Program-made: the position numbers and the translations under genes
Notes under the pieces: model-generated
What the model was told of the DNA's origin: nothing
The model's input: the letters and a program-made list of their open reading frames with translations, nothing else
Database searches by the model: none
From: a virus
Reading direction: 5' to 3' (one strand)
IMG/VR virus record: IMGVR_UViG_3300049855_000609
Coordinates: 28,564 to 92,563 of that record
Length of the DNA: 64,000 nt
In this document: positions 49,094 through 58,858 of the stretch, piece after piece
How positions within the stretch are numbered: position 1 is the first letter of the stretch
How the letters are laid out: every line of letters starts with the position of its first letter

Positions 49094-51052
49094 GTTGTTC
49101 AGCTTTTTTGTTATGAATGCTCTCGAATGTGTTCCTGTTTCCGAACATATTGGTCTGGATATGCCGCGGGCATTCTGTGTCACGGCTGTCTACCAGGTGT
49201 ATGCTTCTGTACTTCGGATACAGCAGTTTTCCTCCTTGTCCTACCAGGTTCAGGCCAAAGTGCTTGGCCAAATTGTACTTGTCGTCATTGGGGTTGAACA
49301 TCGTGATCAGGTAGTTGGCCTCTTCACTGATATTACCCGAATCCTTGACATCATCCCCATTCGGATACAGGCAGTCCTTCATGTACTTGATCCTTTCAAT
49401 GTTGGACATGCTCCTGTTCAAATGGACAATGTCCACGAAGATGAATTTACACCAGTTGCGGAGTTCCACCTGGTATTCCACCATCTTGTCCATGTTCTCT
49501 TTGAGAGTATACCCTCTTTCTTTATTCATCTTTCGAATGTGGTCTAAGATGACTATCAGGGTCTTGTCCGGATCATGGGGCTTATAGCCTACTATCCTGG
49601 CTCTCTCTTCCTTTTTCTTGTTCTCTCCTACATGAATGTACTTCTGCTCGATAAACTCCCCATGTTCCCTGGCATAGGAAAGCAAATAATTACGGATACC
49701 GGTGGGATTATCCCTCTGCTCTATGAAGTCCACTCTCCCTCTTTTCAGCTTGATCCCATTGTCATCATATTCTCCGAACAACGGGATTATCCTGTCTTCA
49801 TAGATCTTAAACAGGATCTCTCTGTGTTCATCCATCACCGGCACCAGTTCCTTGGTCTTGGGGTCTACCAGCTTCCCCATCAGGTAATCCGGCCCTATCT
49901 CATAGGTCTGGCCATTGTAGTGCCTGAATGCTGTCAGGTCATGGTCATGCCAGAAGAAGAAGCCGGCCAGCTTGAATTCCTTCTGTACCCGGTCAATCTC
50001 AAAGGAATAGTAGATCCAGTCCACATCCTTCTCCGGTGCCAGCACATAGGGTGACAGCAGAAAAGCAAAGTCTACCAGGGTGGTCTTACCCAGTGTGTTA
50101 TCTTGCAAGCTCTTTATCCTGCAATTCTGTGGCTTCTTGTTAAGTTATTACCACAGCTCAGACTATATCATCAACTACTTTCATTGTAGTTGTTGGGCGC
50201 TCTTGTCAGCTTCATCACCGTTCTGGTGGTATGCTGTTAGTCGTTGAACCTTCTAAACATTCCTGTTTAGCTTGGCTGCTGATTGACCTCTCCAGGTTTT
50301 TCCAGCAATTCACCCAATTTTACAAGGTCAGTGTATTGTTGTTTAAAATACCACTTATATCCCTTCATTTGTTGGTAGATTCCTCTCAGTACCCTTTGTA
50401 CAGCACTTTTGTCAATACTATGTGCAGTACAGGCCTTTCTAATAGACTCATACTCCACAATTTCTCCTGTTGCAATGTGTACCCCTATTACTGCTTTTGC
50501 GCAATTAGGCTTTAACCCCTCCTGATACAGCCGCAGTCTTGTTTCTGACATCTTCTTTTTTGAAGCCTCAGATGGGGTATTGTTTATTACATCAGTAGTG
50601 ATATTAAACTCTGGTTTATACAAATTGACAAAGAACTGTTCTCGTACTACAAGATCCTCTGTAAACTCTAAGATGAATAGCTTAAAAGCTTTCATTCCAT
50701 GAATTATAGCTGATCCCTGCAGCCTCGAGTTTTGATGTTTGCCATGCTTCAACAAGCTAAAATGTTTGTCTCTTCTTCCTCCAATATTAGTGGAGCTTCC
50801 GATATACATCTGACCTGTTATTACATTTTTAATGGCATATACACCTTTGTTTTGAAAATCTACCATCTCGTAAAGGTAATACTAATAGCAGTACCAAACA
50901 AGTTTTCTTCTTTTAACCTTGGGGGCAGCAGCTATACCATAGATGGAGGATTTCTGAATACCATTCAGGGCTGCTTCCAGCTCCGGGATACCCATAGGCA
51001 GTCCCACGGCTTTGCCCTGCTGGCCTCTTTGAAAGGCTGTCTTGAAATTCAT
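49065..51052 (-). CDS. DnaB-like replicative helicase, spliced (exons 51052-50915 and 50090-49065)
   Basis: Exon 1 MNFKTAFQRG...IYGIAAAPKV joined to exon 2 GKTTLVDF restores Walker A; also YSFEI, ILDH, HLNR and KDSG motifs. Confidence 0.9.
50091..50914 (-). mobile_element. Group I self-splicing intron in the helicase
   Basis: 5' exon ends in U and the intron ends in G. Conserved core on the - strand: AATCAGCAGCC, GTTCAACGACTA and GATATAGTC. Confidence 0.9.
50267..50866 (-). CDS. Intron-encoded GIY-YIG homing endonuclease
   Basis: GVYAIKN......YIGSS....R...H...L..GKH.N..LQ; C-terminal NUMOD1-like HTH. Confidence 0.92.
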   Translation of the reverse strand: MVDFQNKGVYAIKNVITGQMYIGSSTNIGGRRDKHFSLLKHGKHQNSRLQGSAIIHGMKAFKLFILEFTEDLVVREQFFVNLYKPEFNITTDVINNTPSEASKKKMSETRLRLYQEGLKPNCAKAVIGVHIATGEIVEYESIRKACTAHSIDKSAVQRVLRGIYQQMKGYKWYFKQQYTDLVKLGELLEKPGEVNQQPS

Positions 51053-51642
51053 AGGTCCTCCTCTTTAATAAGCCCTGACTGAAACCGGTTCTGTTCCGTG
51101 ATACCCTCCTTCTTGTTCCTCCTCGCGATCTCGATGTACTGTTCCAGCCTGGAGGATTTGGCTGAAGTCCCCGCTGCCCTGTTCATCTTGGAGATAAAAT
51201 ACTCCGCATTCTGCATGTAGGTAAGCCTTGCTGTGTCATACCTGAATTCCTCCAGGTACAGATCTGCGGCCTCCATTACTTCTTCCTTTCTCACATCGGG
51301 GTTGGCAGCAAAGAACTTCTTCATCTTCTCCACACAGCTACTGTAGGAACCACCTGCATTGGTCCTCAGTCCCATGAACAGCTCCCGGTAATCCTGGATC
51401 CAGCTCCAGGCATCTGTCGCGGTGACTCCTATGAACAGGGGGAGGTTCCACACCACCTCATTTCTCTGCTCATCCTCATAGGATCTGTCAATAATACGGC
51501 TGAAGTTGACCTGTTTCATGGTCTTCTCCGGGATGATGTCGGTTTTTATGTCAAAGAACAGCGCCAACAGGTACAGCAGACCTTCATCTGCCTCAATGTT
51601 GTGCCTCTCCAGGGTCTGAATGATCTCAGGATTGATCTGCAT
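51049..51642 (-). CDS. Hypothetical replication-associated protein
   Basis: Likely start MQINPE; ATGA-coupled to the helicase; Y.Q.A.YFISK motif. Confidence 0.6.
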   Translation of the reverse strand: MQINPEIIQTLERHNIEADEGLLYLLALFFDIKTDIIPEKTMKQVNFSRIIDRSYEDEQRNEVVWNLPLFIGVTATDAWSWIQDYRELFMGLRTNAGGSYSSCVEKMKKFFAANPDVRKEEVMEAADLYLEEFRYDTARLTYMQNAEYFISKMNRAAGTSAKSSRLEQYIEIARRNKKEGITEQNRFQSGLIKEEDL

Positions 51643-51655
51643 TTCAGATAGGTTT

Positions 51656-52942
51656 TTAGAATGATAAATTCTGGTTTCCCGATACCAGATTTGAAAGCCT
51701 GATGAACCTGACCTTTTCCGGATCCAGGTTCTCCAATGCACTCTTGGCCCATTTCTCATCCACAGTATTTGCTACCGTCAAGATGACTATTCTGGCCTCA
51801 TGCCCTTTTCTGTACCTGATCAGCCTTCCTATTCTCTGTACCAGGTTTCTCTCCTTGCTTGTCAGCTGGACTACCAGGGCATTGTCCAGCTTCACGTTGA
51901 TGTCATGGCCCTCATTGATGCTCTTCACACAGGAAAGACGGTTTATCATCCCCCTTTTGAAGAGCTGAAAGCTGTGATCACTCTCGGAGTCACTGTGAAA
52001 GCTGTGCCTGCACAGGGCTTTGGCCTGCTCAATACTGCCACAGAATATCAGGGTCTTCTCCTCTGCAGGGAGGAGGTTCTCCAGGATAAACTCCGCGGCT
52101 TTCTTTTTGCTGGCCAGGTTGTAGATGAACCTCATCCTCTCCAGGATACGGAACTTCAGGGCAGTCTCATTCTGCACCGTTTTCACCGGGTTAAACATGA
52201 TCCGGTTGATGGTTTGGGTGAGATAATCATACTGCTTCTTCTCCGTGGTCATGAAGGGCTTTGCCTTACTGCCGGCTTTTACATACCTGACAGTATCATC
52301 GAGGTCCATCTCCACCACATACACCTTATAGGGAGATACCAGCCTCAGCTTGACAGCCATATCCAGTGGCAGCTCATATACCACCGGCAGTTCCCTGTCC
52401 CGCAGAAGCTCTTTTTTCAGTTTCTCTACAGGAGGGGTAGCCGTCAGGGCTATGCATCTCTCCACTTCATTTTGCTTGAAGAACTCCGCATTGGCTTCCG
52501 TGATATTGTGGGCCTCATCGAAGACCACCAGATCATAGTGCTGGTCTTTTATCTTGGCCATGGAAACATGGCAGGTCCTCTCCACATTTTTGGTGTAAAT
52601 TTTTGTGAGCTTCCACTTCTTGAACTCCTGTTTCCAGTTCTCATCGCGGAGCTTCTCCGTGGGTACACAGATCAGGATCCGGGCATCTTTTTTCATGGCC
52701 ACCTCTTTCTGGATGGCATTAATGGCTATCTTGGATTTCCCTACACCGGTGGCAGCTACTATCATACCCCAGCCACCCTCTACTTTCCAGTAGCTCAGGG
52801 CATCCTGCTGTATCTTGTCTTTGATCCCGGAGGCCATTTCATCTGTGAATTCTCCATTCATGGAGGAGATGAGGGTATCCAGAGCATCAGCATGATCTCT
52901 GAGATCCGGCTGTTGCATGTAATAATTGATGTCCATTAGCAA
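51656..52942 (-). CDS. Superfamily 2 DEAH helicase
   Basis: ATGVGKS, DEAH, ALTATP and QRIGRLIR motifs. Confidence 0.92.
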   Translation of the reverse strand: MLMDINYYMQQPDLRDHADALDTLISSMNGEFTDEMASGIKDKIQQDALSYWKVEGGWGMIVAATGVGKSKIAINAIQKEVAMKKDARILICVPTEKLRDENWKQEFKKWKLTKIYTKNVERTCHVSMAKIKDQHYDLVVFDEAHNITEANAEFFKQNEVERCIALTATPPVEKLKKELLRDRELPVVYELPLDMAVKLRLVSPYKVYVVEMDLDDTVRYVKAGSKAKPFMTTEKKQYDYLTQTINRIMFNPVKTVQNETALKFRILERMRFIYNLASKKKAAEFILENLLPAEEKTLIFCGSIEQAKALCRHSFHSDSESDHSFQLFKRGMINRLSCVKSINEGHDINVKLDNALVVQLTSKERNLVQRIGRLIRYRKGHEARIVILTVANTVDEKWAKSALENLDPEKVRFIRLSNLVSGNQNLSF

Positions 52943-53169
52943 ATGTCTATTTTAACTGGTTTTATCATGTGTATGTATCCGATGATCTCCCCATATTTCT
53001 CGGGAAGACTGTTCTTCGCAACTGCAGTCAGATTCTCATCCGGGTGAATACTTCCTGCTACATAATAGTGAGGGAAAAATCCTTCTTTGGCTCCTTGTTC
53101 CACATGAAAGTCCTGGGGAGTTTTCTCAGTGACTATGCACACAGGACCAAAGTAAATGTGTTCGAACAT
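52936..53169 (-). CDS. Hypothetical protein
   Basis: 77-aa ORF between polymerase and helicase. Confidence 0.5.
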   Translation of the reverse strand: MFEHIYFGPVCIVTEKTPQDFHVEQGAKEGFFPHYYVAGSIHPDENLTAVAKNSLPEKYGEIIGYIHMIKPVKIDIC

Positions 53170-53203
53170 GGGGTATTAAATTTAAGAAAAAGTGATGAAT
53201 TAT

Positions 53204-55060
53204 TCAATGAATTTCAGCATAATTATTGCCGAATTGTACAGATATTCCCAGCTTTATATTGAGCTTCAGCATCCTGTTGACCTCATCTATACAGTCCTGC
53301 AGTGTCTGCTCTGTTTTCTTGATATCGTATTTAAAAACAGGAAATATGACCTCATCATGAAACTGCCCACATATAAGATAACTTCTTCTTACCTGGCTTA
53401 CCCAGGCATCAAAGCAGAACACTCCAGTACCCTGGTTCAAAGTAGAGAATTTGTCCTTTTCAAACCTGAGGGAATACCAGTACCGGGACACGGGATTGAA
53501 TATCCACATCTGAGAGTCTGAGGTCTTCTTCATCACAGTCAGCCTGGCTATCTTTTTTATGGCCCAGTTCCTTTCCCAGTATACCTTATGCAGTTTCTCA
53601 GCCTTGGCCAGCGGCATTCCTGAGCTGGCAGAGATCTTGGGTGGCCCTGCACCATAGGTGGCAGAGAAATTCACCTGCTTGGCATCCTTTCTGATCTTGG
53701 AGTAGTCCATCCTTTTGGCTTTATGGTCTTCCACCTGCTCATGGGTGAGCATTTCTGCCCTTTCCGCGATATCCAGGTGGGGATCGAATCCGGGTGTATT
53801 CATCTCCTCCACATATTTGGGATCATGGAAGTAGATGTAGTGCTGCTTGGTCTTATCTTCCAGGGCACTCATGTCAGCCCCACAGAGCACCATATCTTCT
53901 CCGGGAGCTATCAGACACCCTCTTACCTCCCTGCCATAGGGTTTATATATCCCCGGCAGGTTTACTATGGTGGTATGCTGGAATCTTAAAGTATTTGTGA
54001 AGCCTTTAATTTCTGCCTTTAAAAAATCATCACTGTCCCTGTTTTTCAGAAAACCTTTAAGGATCCCTATCCGGTGCCCGATGATGAAGAGGCTCTCCAG
54101 GTTTGCCAGCCTGGGTTCTTTTTCGAACAACAGCTGTACACTGGGACAGAGGCCATCCCCGGAGCTGTTGGAGATCTGCTCCACCTTTTTCACTTCATGG
54201 GTCTTCTTGTTCTTCACCATCTTATAGGTAGCCGGCTTCCATCCCAAAGAATACAGCCACTCTTTCAGCTGCTGGTGGGAAGCCGGGTTAGGCTCCTCAG
54301 GGGTGTCGGCTATTTCTATGGTATCTTCCGTGTCCAGTGGCAATCCCAGCTCTTCCAGCAGGGCTTTCCATTTTCTGCCTATGGCCGTCAGGGATCCGTC
54401 TATCTTATGGCATTTCACCGGCTTGGATATCTGCTTGTATACGGTCTTGGATGGCATGGCGGATTTCAGGAGTTCTATCCTCTTATCCTTCTCTTCCTCC
54501 AGGAATTTCAGGCTCTTCTCACAGGCTTTCACATCCAGCTTCCATTTCAGCTCTTCCTGTTCCCTAGCACATTTCATTTTGAAAGAAAGATAATCTATAA
54601 TGGAAGTGTAATTCTCTCCATATAATTCTGTAAGCAGTATCCTGCAGGAAAAGAACATCCTCCAGTTTATCTCCACATCAGCGCGGCATCTCTGTACATA
54701 TACGGTGATGTCTGCCTCTTTCCAGTCTTCCACTGCCGGTTTCTGCACATTTACCCGGTCTCCCCAGGCTTCCAGGCCATGCTTGTCATAGGAAGAAAAC
54801 AGGTACCAGCTCAGTGCCAGGGTATCGATCAAAGTCCCCTGCAGTTTGATGCCCAGTATCTTCTCTATTACCGGGCAGTCATACCTGATCAGGTTATGGG
54901 CCACCCAGACAGCTTTCTGGGAGAGAAAGGAGAACATCTCTTTAGGATCTGTGATAACCCCTTCCCGGTTATCCTGGTCCTTCCAGCACAGGCAGTGAAT
55001 AGTGGTAGCCTGTTCTATGAGGCCATCGGCTTCAATGTCTATGATGTAGTATTTATCCAT
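53204..55060 (-). CDS. DNA polymerase family A (3'-5' exonuclease plus polymerase)
   Basis: Exonuclease DIE.DG, HN...YD, DTL; polymerase motifs DMSALE, R..AK..NF...YG and FHDE. Confidence 0.95.
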   Translation of the reverse strand: MDKYYIIDIEADGLIEQATTIHCLCWKDQDNREGVITDPKEMFSFLSQKAVWVAHNLIRYDCPVIEKILGIKLQGTLIDTLALSWYLFSSYDKHGLEAWGDRVNVQKPAVEDWKEADITVYVQRCRADVEINWRMFFSCRILLTELYGENYTSIIDYLSFKMKCAREQEELKWKLDVKACEKSLKFLEEEKDKRIELLKSAMPSKTVYKQISKPVKCHKIDGSLTAIGRKWKALLEELGLPLDTEDTIEIADTPEEPNPASHQQLKEWLYSLGWKPATYKMVKNKKTHEVKKVEQISNSSGDGLCPSVQLLFEKEPRLANLESLFIIGHRIGILKGFLKNRDSDDFLKAEIKGFTNTLRFQHTTIVNLPGIYKPYGREVRGCLIAPGEDMVLCGADMSALEDKTKQHYIYFHDPKYVEEMNTPGFDPHLDIAERAEMLTHEQVEDHKAKRMDYSKIRKDAKQVNFSATYGAGPPKISASSGMPLAKAEKLHKVYWERNWAIKKIARLTVMKKTSDSQMWIFNPVSRYWYSLRFEKDKFSTLNQGTGVFCFDAWVSQVRRSYLICGQFHDEVIFPVFKYDIKKTEQTLQDCIDEVNRMLKLNIKLGISVQFGNNYAEIH

Positions 55061-55062
55061 TT

Positions 55063-55485
55063 TTATATCAATTCTTTTAAAATGTAATCAAGTGCTGCTG
55101 AGTAGGCTTTTTGTGGTGTATTATAAGATTTAGTATAACCTGATATTCTTTGTTCTGGTTCTATATTTTCTAAAGTCATTACTATATAATGACAAGTATA
55201 ACTTATACCTGAATTTGTCATTGTAGTACCATCACACATAGTAATCATTAAATGAATAGTATGATTAACCCTTAACCATTCAACTACTTGCCATTGTTCT
55301 GGTGCTGTAAAGTATTCTGAATTACCTGTCATATCAGTAAAATTATTCCAATCTGTCAATGAACAAATCTCTTGTCTTTCTGATAATTTAGGATAATGAT
55401 ATTTTGATTTTAAATCAAATCCTTTTTCTTTAAGCAATTTAGCTGTATTAAAATCCACATAATGTGGCTTTATTTCATTGTTCAT
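55063..55485 (-). CDS. Hypothetical phage protein (paralog of 32215-32619)
   Basis: YV.F.TAKLLKEKGF...AP.QWQVVEWLR; AT-rich. Confidence 0.7.
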   Translation of the reverse strand: MNNEIKPHYVDFNTAKLLKEKGFDLKSKYHYPKLSERQEICSLTDWNNFTDMTGNSEYFTAPEQWQVVEWLRVNHTIHLMITMCDGTTMTNSGISYTCHYIVMTLENIEPEQRISGYTKSYNTPQKAYSAALDYILKELI

Positions 55486-55709
55486 AATATATTAGTTTCA
55501 GGGTAAGCGTTATCAATTGATTCTTCCATTTTATCTTTATAGCCTGATAAGTTCCCATACTCATCAGAATCTACTTTGATATTTTCTTTAATAGCTTCTC
55601 TTTGTGCTTTAAGATGAAGTTTAGCGAATTCTATCAAATCAGATTCAGACATAACTTCTGATAAACCATAGTCTTGTAAATATTGTTTTGCTGTTGGTAT
55701 CTTATCCAT
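55482..55709 (-). CDS. Hypothetical phage protein (paralog of 31627-31968)
   Basis: IPTA...EFAKLH...SI.NAYP.TNI. Confidence 0.65.
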   Translation of the reverse strand: MDKIPTAKQYLQDYGLSEVMSESDLIEFAKLHLKAQREAIKENIKVDSDEYGNLSGYKDKMEESIDNAYPETNIL

Positions 55710-55887
55710 ATCTTATAATTTTATAAAGTTCTTTAAAAAAGTAAGGAATGGCTTCTAAGAGAATAAATCTTAGCCAAACAATTGGAAACAATATTGCTCT
55801 TACAAAGTTGTCTGTTGCAAATAAAGTAAGCAATACACAAATCATGTAAAATGGAAAAATTATTGCTATTTGTTCTGGTTGTATCAT
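55702..55887 (-). CDS. Small membrane protein
   Basis: 61 aa with two hydrophobic segments. Confidence 0.55.
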   Translation of the reverse strand: MIQPEQIAIIFPFYMICVLLTLFATDNFVRAILFPIVWLRFILLEAIPYFFKELYKIIRYG

Positions 55888-55904
55888 AATTTTAAATTTT
55901 TATT

Positions 55905-56595
55905 AGCACCCTCTTTCTTATCCTTTCCTGCGATTAAATCCAGGAGCCTCACAGACATTATAAGCCTGCCTTCCTAAGAGTAGGGTCACACAATGATGGG
56001 AAAACCAACGCTACTATTGAGTCTGCCTTCCAGGTTACATAATTCCACTCTTAACCCTTATCTTATACCTCAATCGCTTGACATCATTATTTGCCGAGAA
56101 CTCATTTGTGTTATATCAGATTATTGATATACCCTTTCGGGTTCTCCCCCTCTGGTTGGGAAAACTTTAAAGTCCTTTCTCAAGGGACAACAACACATAC
56201 AGACTTACATCTGTAATCTTTATGTAAATTAGAGCAAGACAAACTCTACTGGACTAATCGTAGATTTATAGTTACTTGACCTATTATGTGGTATTTCCAA
56301 AGCCCACCACTAACTTACAAAGGTATTCAATGTTTAACCTTTTATGTAGACTATAGAGGCTAAATACGTTAGCTTATAATCACTTCACTTTATTTTTAAA
56401 AAGAACTGACTGTCACCTCCAGATTGTGTGAATAATACGCAGTAGCCTTCTGTTTTATACAGCTTATTTAATTTCCTCATTTATCCCTCTATGAACAACT
56501 CCCTTCTGGTTGGGATTATAACAATTAACCCTACATACGTTCTTATGGTTGTAAAGGATATTTCGAGTTATTCGTTCACTTCAGGCAGTCAGCCT
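55905..56595. ncRNA. Putative structured non-coding RNA cluster
   Basis: No ORF of 60 aa or more; successive stem-closed domains; repeated motif ccc(c/t)tctggttggga at about 56147 and 56501. Confidence 0.4.
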
Positions 56596-56597
56596 TT

Positions 56598-57065
56598 CTA
56601 TAATAAGCCTTCTCCCCGGAAGGAATAATAACTCTCATCGGTGATGATCATGAAATCGATGACTGCTATTTCCAGTATCTTCCCCCCTTCTACCAGCTTT
56701 CTGGCCAGGTCCTTGTCTTCCCTGGATGGCTGGGTATTTCCTGAAGGATGGTTATGGGCTACGATGATACCTGATGTCCCCGGAACCTTCAATGCCAGGG
56801 AGAATATCACCTTAGGATCTACAATAGCGCCGGCAGTTCCTCCTGTGGATATCTTACAGAATCCCAGCATGGCATTTCTCCGGTTGACAAAGATAATGAA
56901 AACCTCCTCTATCCAGTCCATAGTGTCCTTGTTGAATACAGAACGGACAACAGTAGCTGCATCCTCATTGCTGACCACCTTGAATAGCTGGCTTTTCTTC
57001 ACCTTCTTGTCAAAGGATACAGAGAAAGTGATCTCCGGTATATATAGGTCTTGTTGCTTTGTCAT
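56598..57065 (-). CDS. RadC-family JAB domain protein
   Basis: E.......N..N..LG...IS.GG..G..VDP...AHNHPSGN..PS.ED. Confidence 0.9.
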   Translation of the reverse strand: MTKQQDLYIPEITFSVSFDKKVKKSQLFKVVSNEDAATVVRSVFNKDTMDWIEEVFIIFVNRRNAMLGFCKISTGGTAGAIVDPKVIFSLALKVPGTSGIIVAHNHPSGNTQPSREDKDLARKLVEGGKILEIAVIDFMIITDESYYSFRGEGLL

Positions 57066-57223
57066 AACAGTTGATTACAGGCGTTAATAAATATCTCCCT
57101 CTCATTGCTTTCACTTTCTCCCTGCTCTACCTCATCAAAGTAAAGCTGTAAAAGATCATGCACTTCTGATTGCAGTTCAGGATGCTTTATCAGGAACTCT
57201 GTGGCAAAATCCTGTGCTGTCAT
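57062..57223 (-). CDS. Small hypothetical protein
   Basis: Likely start MTAQDF, overlapping the stop of the upstream gene. Confidence 0.5.
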   Translation of the reverse strand: MTAQDFATEFLIKHPELQSEVHDLLQLYFDEVEQGESESNEREIFINACNQLL

Positions 57224-57501
57224 AATAAAGACCTTATTTGTTCCATGATATCTTTTCCCCATTTCTGTTCTATGAACTCCGCAGTAGATACTCCATCCGG
57301 AACACCCAGTATTTCATCCAGTTTGATAACATCGATAGCAAAGCTTCCCATGGAACAGACCACTCCATCCAGGGGAATACCCATATTTATCTTCTTCTGC
57401 ACTTCCATCCAGGTTTTTCTCTTTGCCAGGAACTCTTCTGTCATCTGGTCTTTTTTCATTTTTGCCAGCACTTCGCCAGCAGCTTCTATAGCTTCTTTCA
57501 T
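57220..57501 (-). CDS. Hypothetical protein
   Basis: 93 aa; D.IKLD......S...FI..K.G motif. Confidence 0.6.
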   Translation of the reverse strand: MKEAIEAAGEVLAKMKKDQMTEEFLAKRKTWMEVQKKINMGIPLDGVVCSMGSFAIDVIKLDEILGVPDGVSTAEFIEQKWGKDIMEQIRSLL

Positions 57502-57677
57502 GATTCAAATTTTAATCCGTAAATCAAACAAAATATTCCCCAGGCCCAGTATCCGTAGACAATAAGAGCCATCTTTTTATCCCGAAACTTGTATCCGTCT
57601 TCTATCAGGTCTTCAAAAGAGAAAAACAAATACCCCTGGACTATAGCGGTAATGAGAAAACAAATTATTCCTATCAT
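57498..57677 (-). CDS. Small membrane protein (59 aa, below the cutoff)
   Basis: MIGIICFLITAIVQGYLFF...YWAWGIFCLIYGLKFES*; ATGA overlap with the next gene. Confidence 0.55.
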   Translation of the reverse strand: MIGIICFLITAIVQGYLFFSFEDLIEDGYKFRDKKMALIVYGYWAWGIFCLIYGLKFES

Positions 57678-57699
57678 GTTGTTGTTTTTAATCGTTAAT

Positions 57700-58345
57700 A
57701 AAAAGGAAGAACAGGGAATTGCAGCTTTGCCTTTTCAGCTCAGGGCATCTTGTGCGATGTAAGTTCCCCAAACATACAGACAGTAATGGTGGCTATTATT
57801 CCAATTACGTCTTCATCCCTGTTCTTCAGAAGGCATGTGGCATAAAGATCCTAAGATAGTTACGGCATCATGGCTCCCTTTCTCCTCCTCGGCCTGCATA
57901 GATGAAACATCTCTACAAGTTCAGAGTACTACCCTCACCAATAACCGCGGAAACAACCGCTGATTGGAATCCTGGGTAATAACACCCGGCCAGGTATATC
58001 GCCATGTCAAATTTAAAATAAAATAATTTCTAAGCTTTGTTTTATCAGGCTCACTAAGATATAATTCTCCCTATATATCGGGATCATTGCATCTCTTTTA
58101 CAGGATATGTTTTCCATATCATTTGCCAGACAGGAATAAACTCAGCCGTCTTTCCTCTTTATGCCGGTACTTAGAAATCATACTCCCCCAAGGGATCAAG
58201 ACCTACCTCGTGGCTCTATAGTAGTGGTAGGAGTCTAAGACCCTGTCACAAAAGTGATCATGGCCATTACTCCCGGAATAAATCCGGAAGCCATCAGAAC
58301 TTTTATCCGTCTTTGGAACGGCATCCTGATGTGACAGGAGAGCAA
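57700..58345. ncRNA. Putative structured non-coding RNA cluster
   Basis: ORF-free; perfect long-range stems 57706-17/57816-27, 58026-34/58170-78 and 58242-50/58330-38. Confidence 0.45.
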
Positions 58346-58350
58346 CAACC

Positions 58351-58794
58351 CTACTTAGACTGTTCCACTACCGGTTGCTCTTGTTGGGTTTCATCTTTTC
58401 CGGGATCTACCCCGGATTTTCCTTTTGCCGGATCAAAGGCGTCTTTTACCTCATCCATAACCTTACCCAGCATGGCTAATTTCTCTTCATTCATCTTGAA
58501 GTAAAGGTCCTGAAGCTCTTTTATAGCCCGGAGCTTGTCTTCTTGCTCTTTCAGCTGGGTCTTCATGATAACCAATAAAAAGGCTATTTCCCTGACGGAA
58601 AGCCCCTTTTCTATTTCTTCCACCTCTATGGAAACTTTGGTTTTCCCCATTCCTTCTTCTGAGATACCACTTCTTTCTCTGATCTTCTCTTCAACAGCCT
58701 TCAGGTTTTGTATAAACTCTTCTTTGTCGATGCCTATGGCTTCGAATGCATCTTTTGCCTCATGATTGTAAGGCTTTGGTTCATTGTTGCTCAT
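58351..58794 (-). CDS. Hypothetical coiled-coil protein
   Basis: 147-aa ORF. Confidence 0.6.
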   Translation of the reverse strand: MSNNEPKPYNHEAKDAFEAIGIDKEEFIQNLKAVEEKIRERSGISEEGMGKTKVSIEVEEIEKGLSVREIAFLLVIMKTQLKEQEDKLRAIKELQDLYFKMNEEKLAMLGKVMDEVKDAFDPAKGKSGVDPGKDETQQEQPVVEQSK

Positions 58795-58858
58795 GTCTGC
58801 TTTTTTAATTTGAAATAATAAATTATAATTTGAACACCTGTTGCCGTAGGCGTAGCCG

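Noticed and set aside
50091-50914. Intein in the helicase
   Set aside because: The insert is 824 nt (not a multiple of 3), contains stops, and has group I RNA core motifs.
32689-54625. Long + strand ORFs opposite the replication genes (e.g. 51800-52939, 44467-45204, 40464-41153) and - strand ORFs within 1-31 kb
   Set aside because: They are antisense shadows of well-supported genes and have no recognisable motifs.
223-55060. Stop-codon reassignment as seen in some crAss-like phages
   Set aside because: Very long ORFs are intact in code 11, TAG and TGA both end genes, and no suppressor tRNA was seen. The single internal TAG at 37458 is local.
56598-57065. RadC JAB protein as part of the Ubl system
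   Set aside because: It is 10 kb away and belongs to the RadC clade common in mobile elements; the operon has its own JAB.
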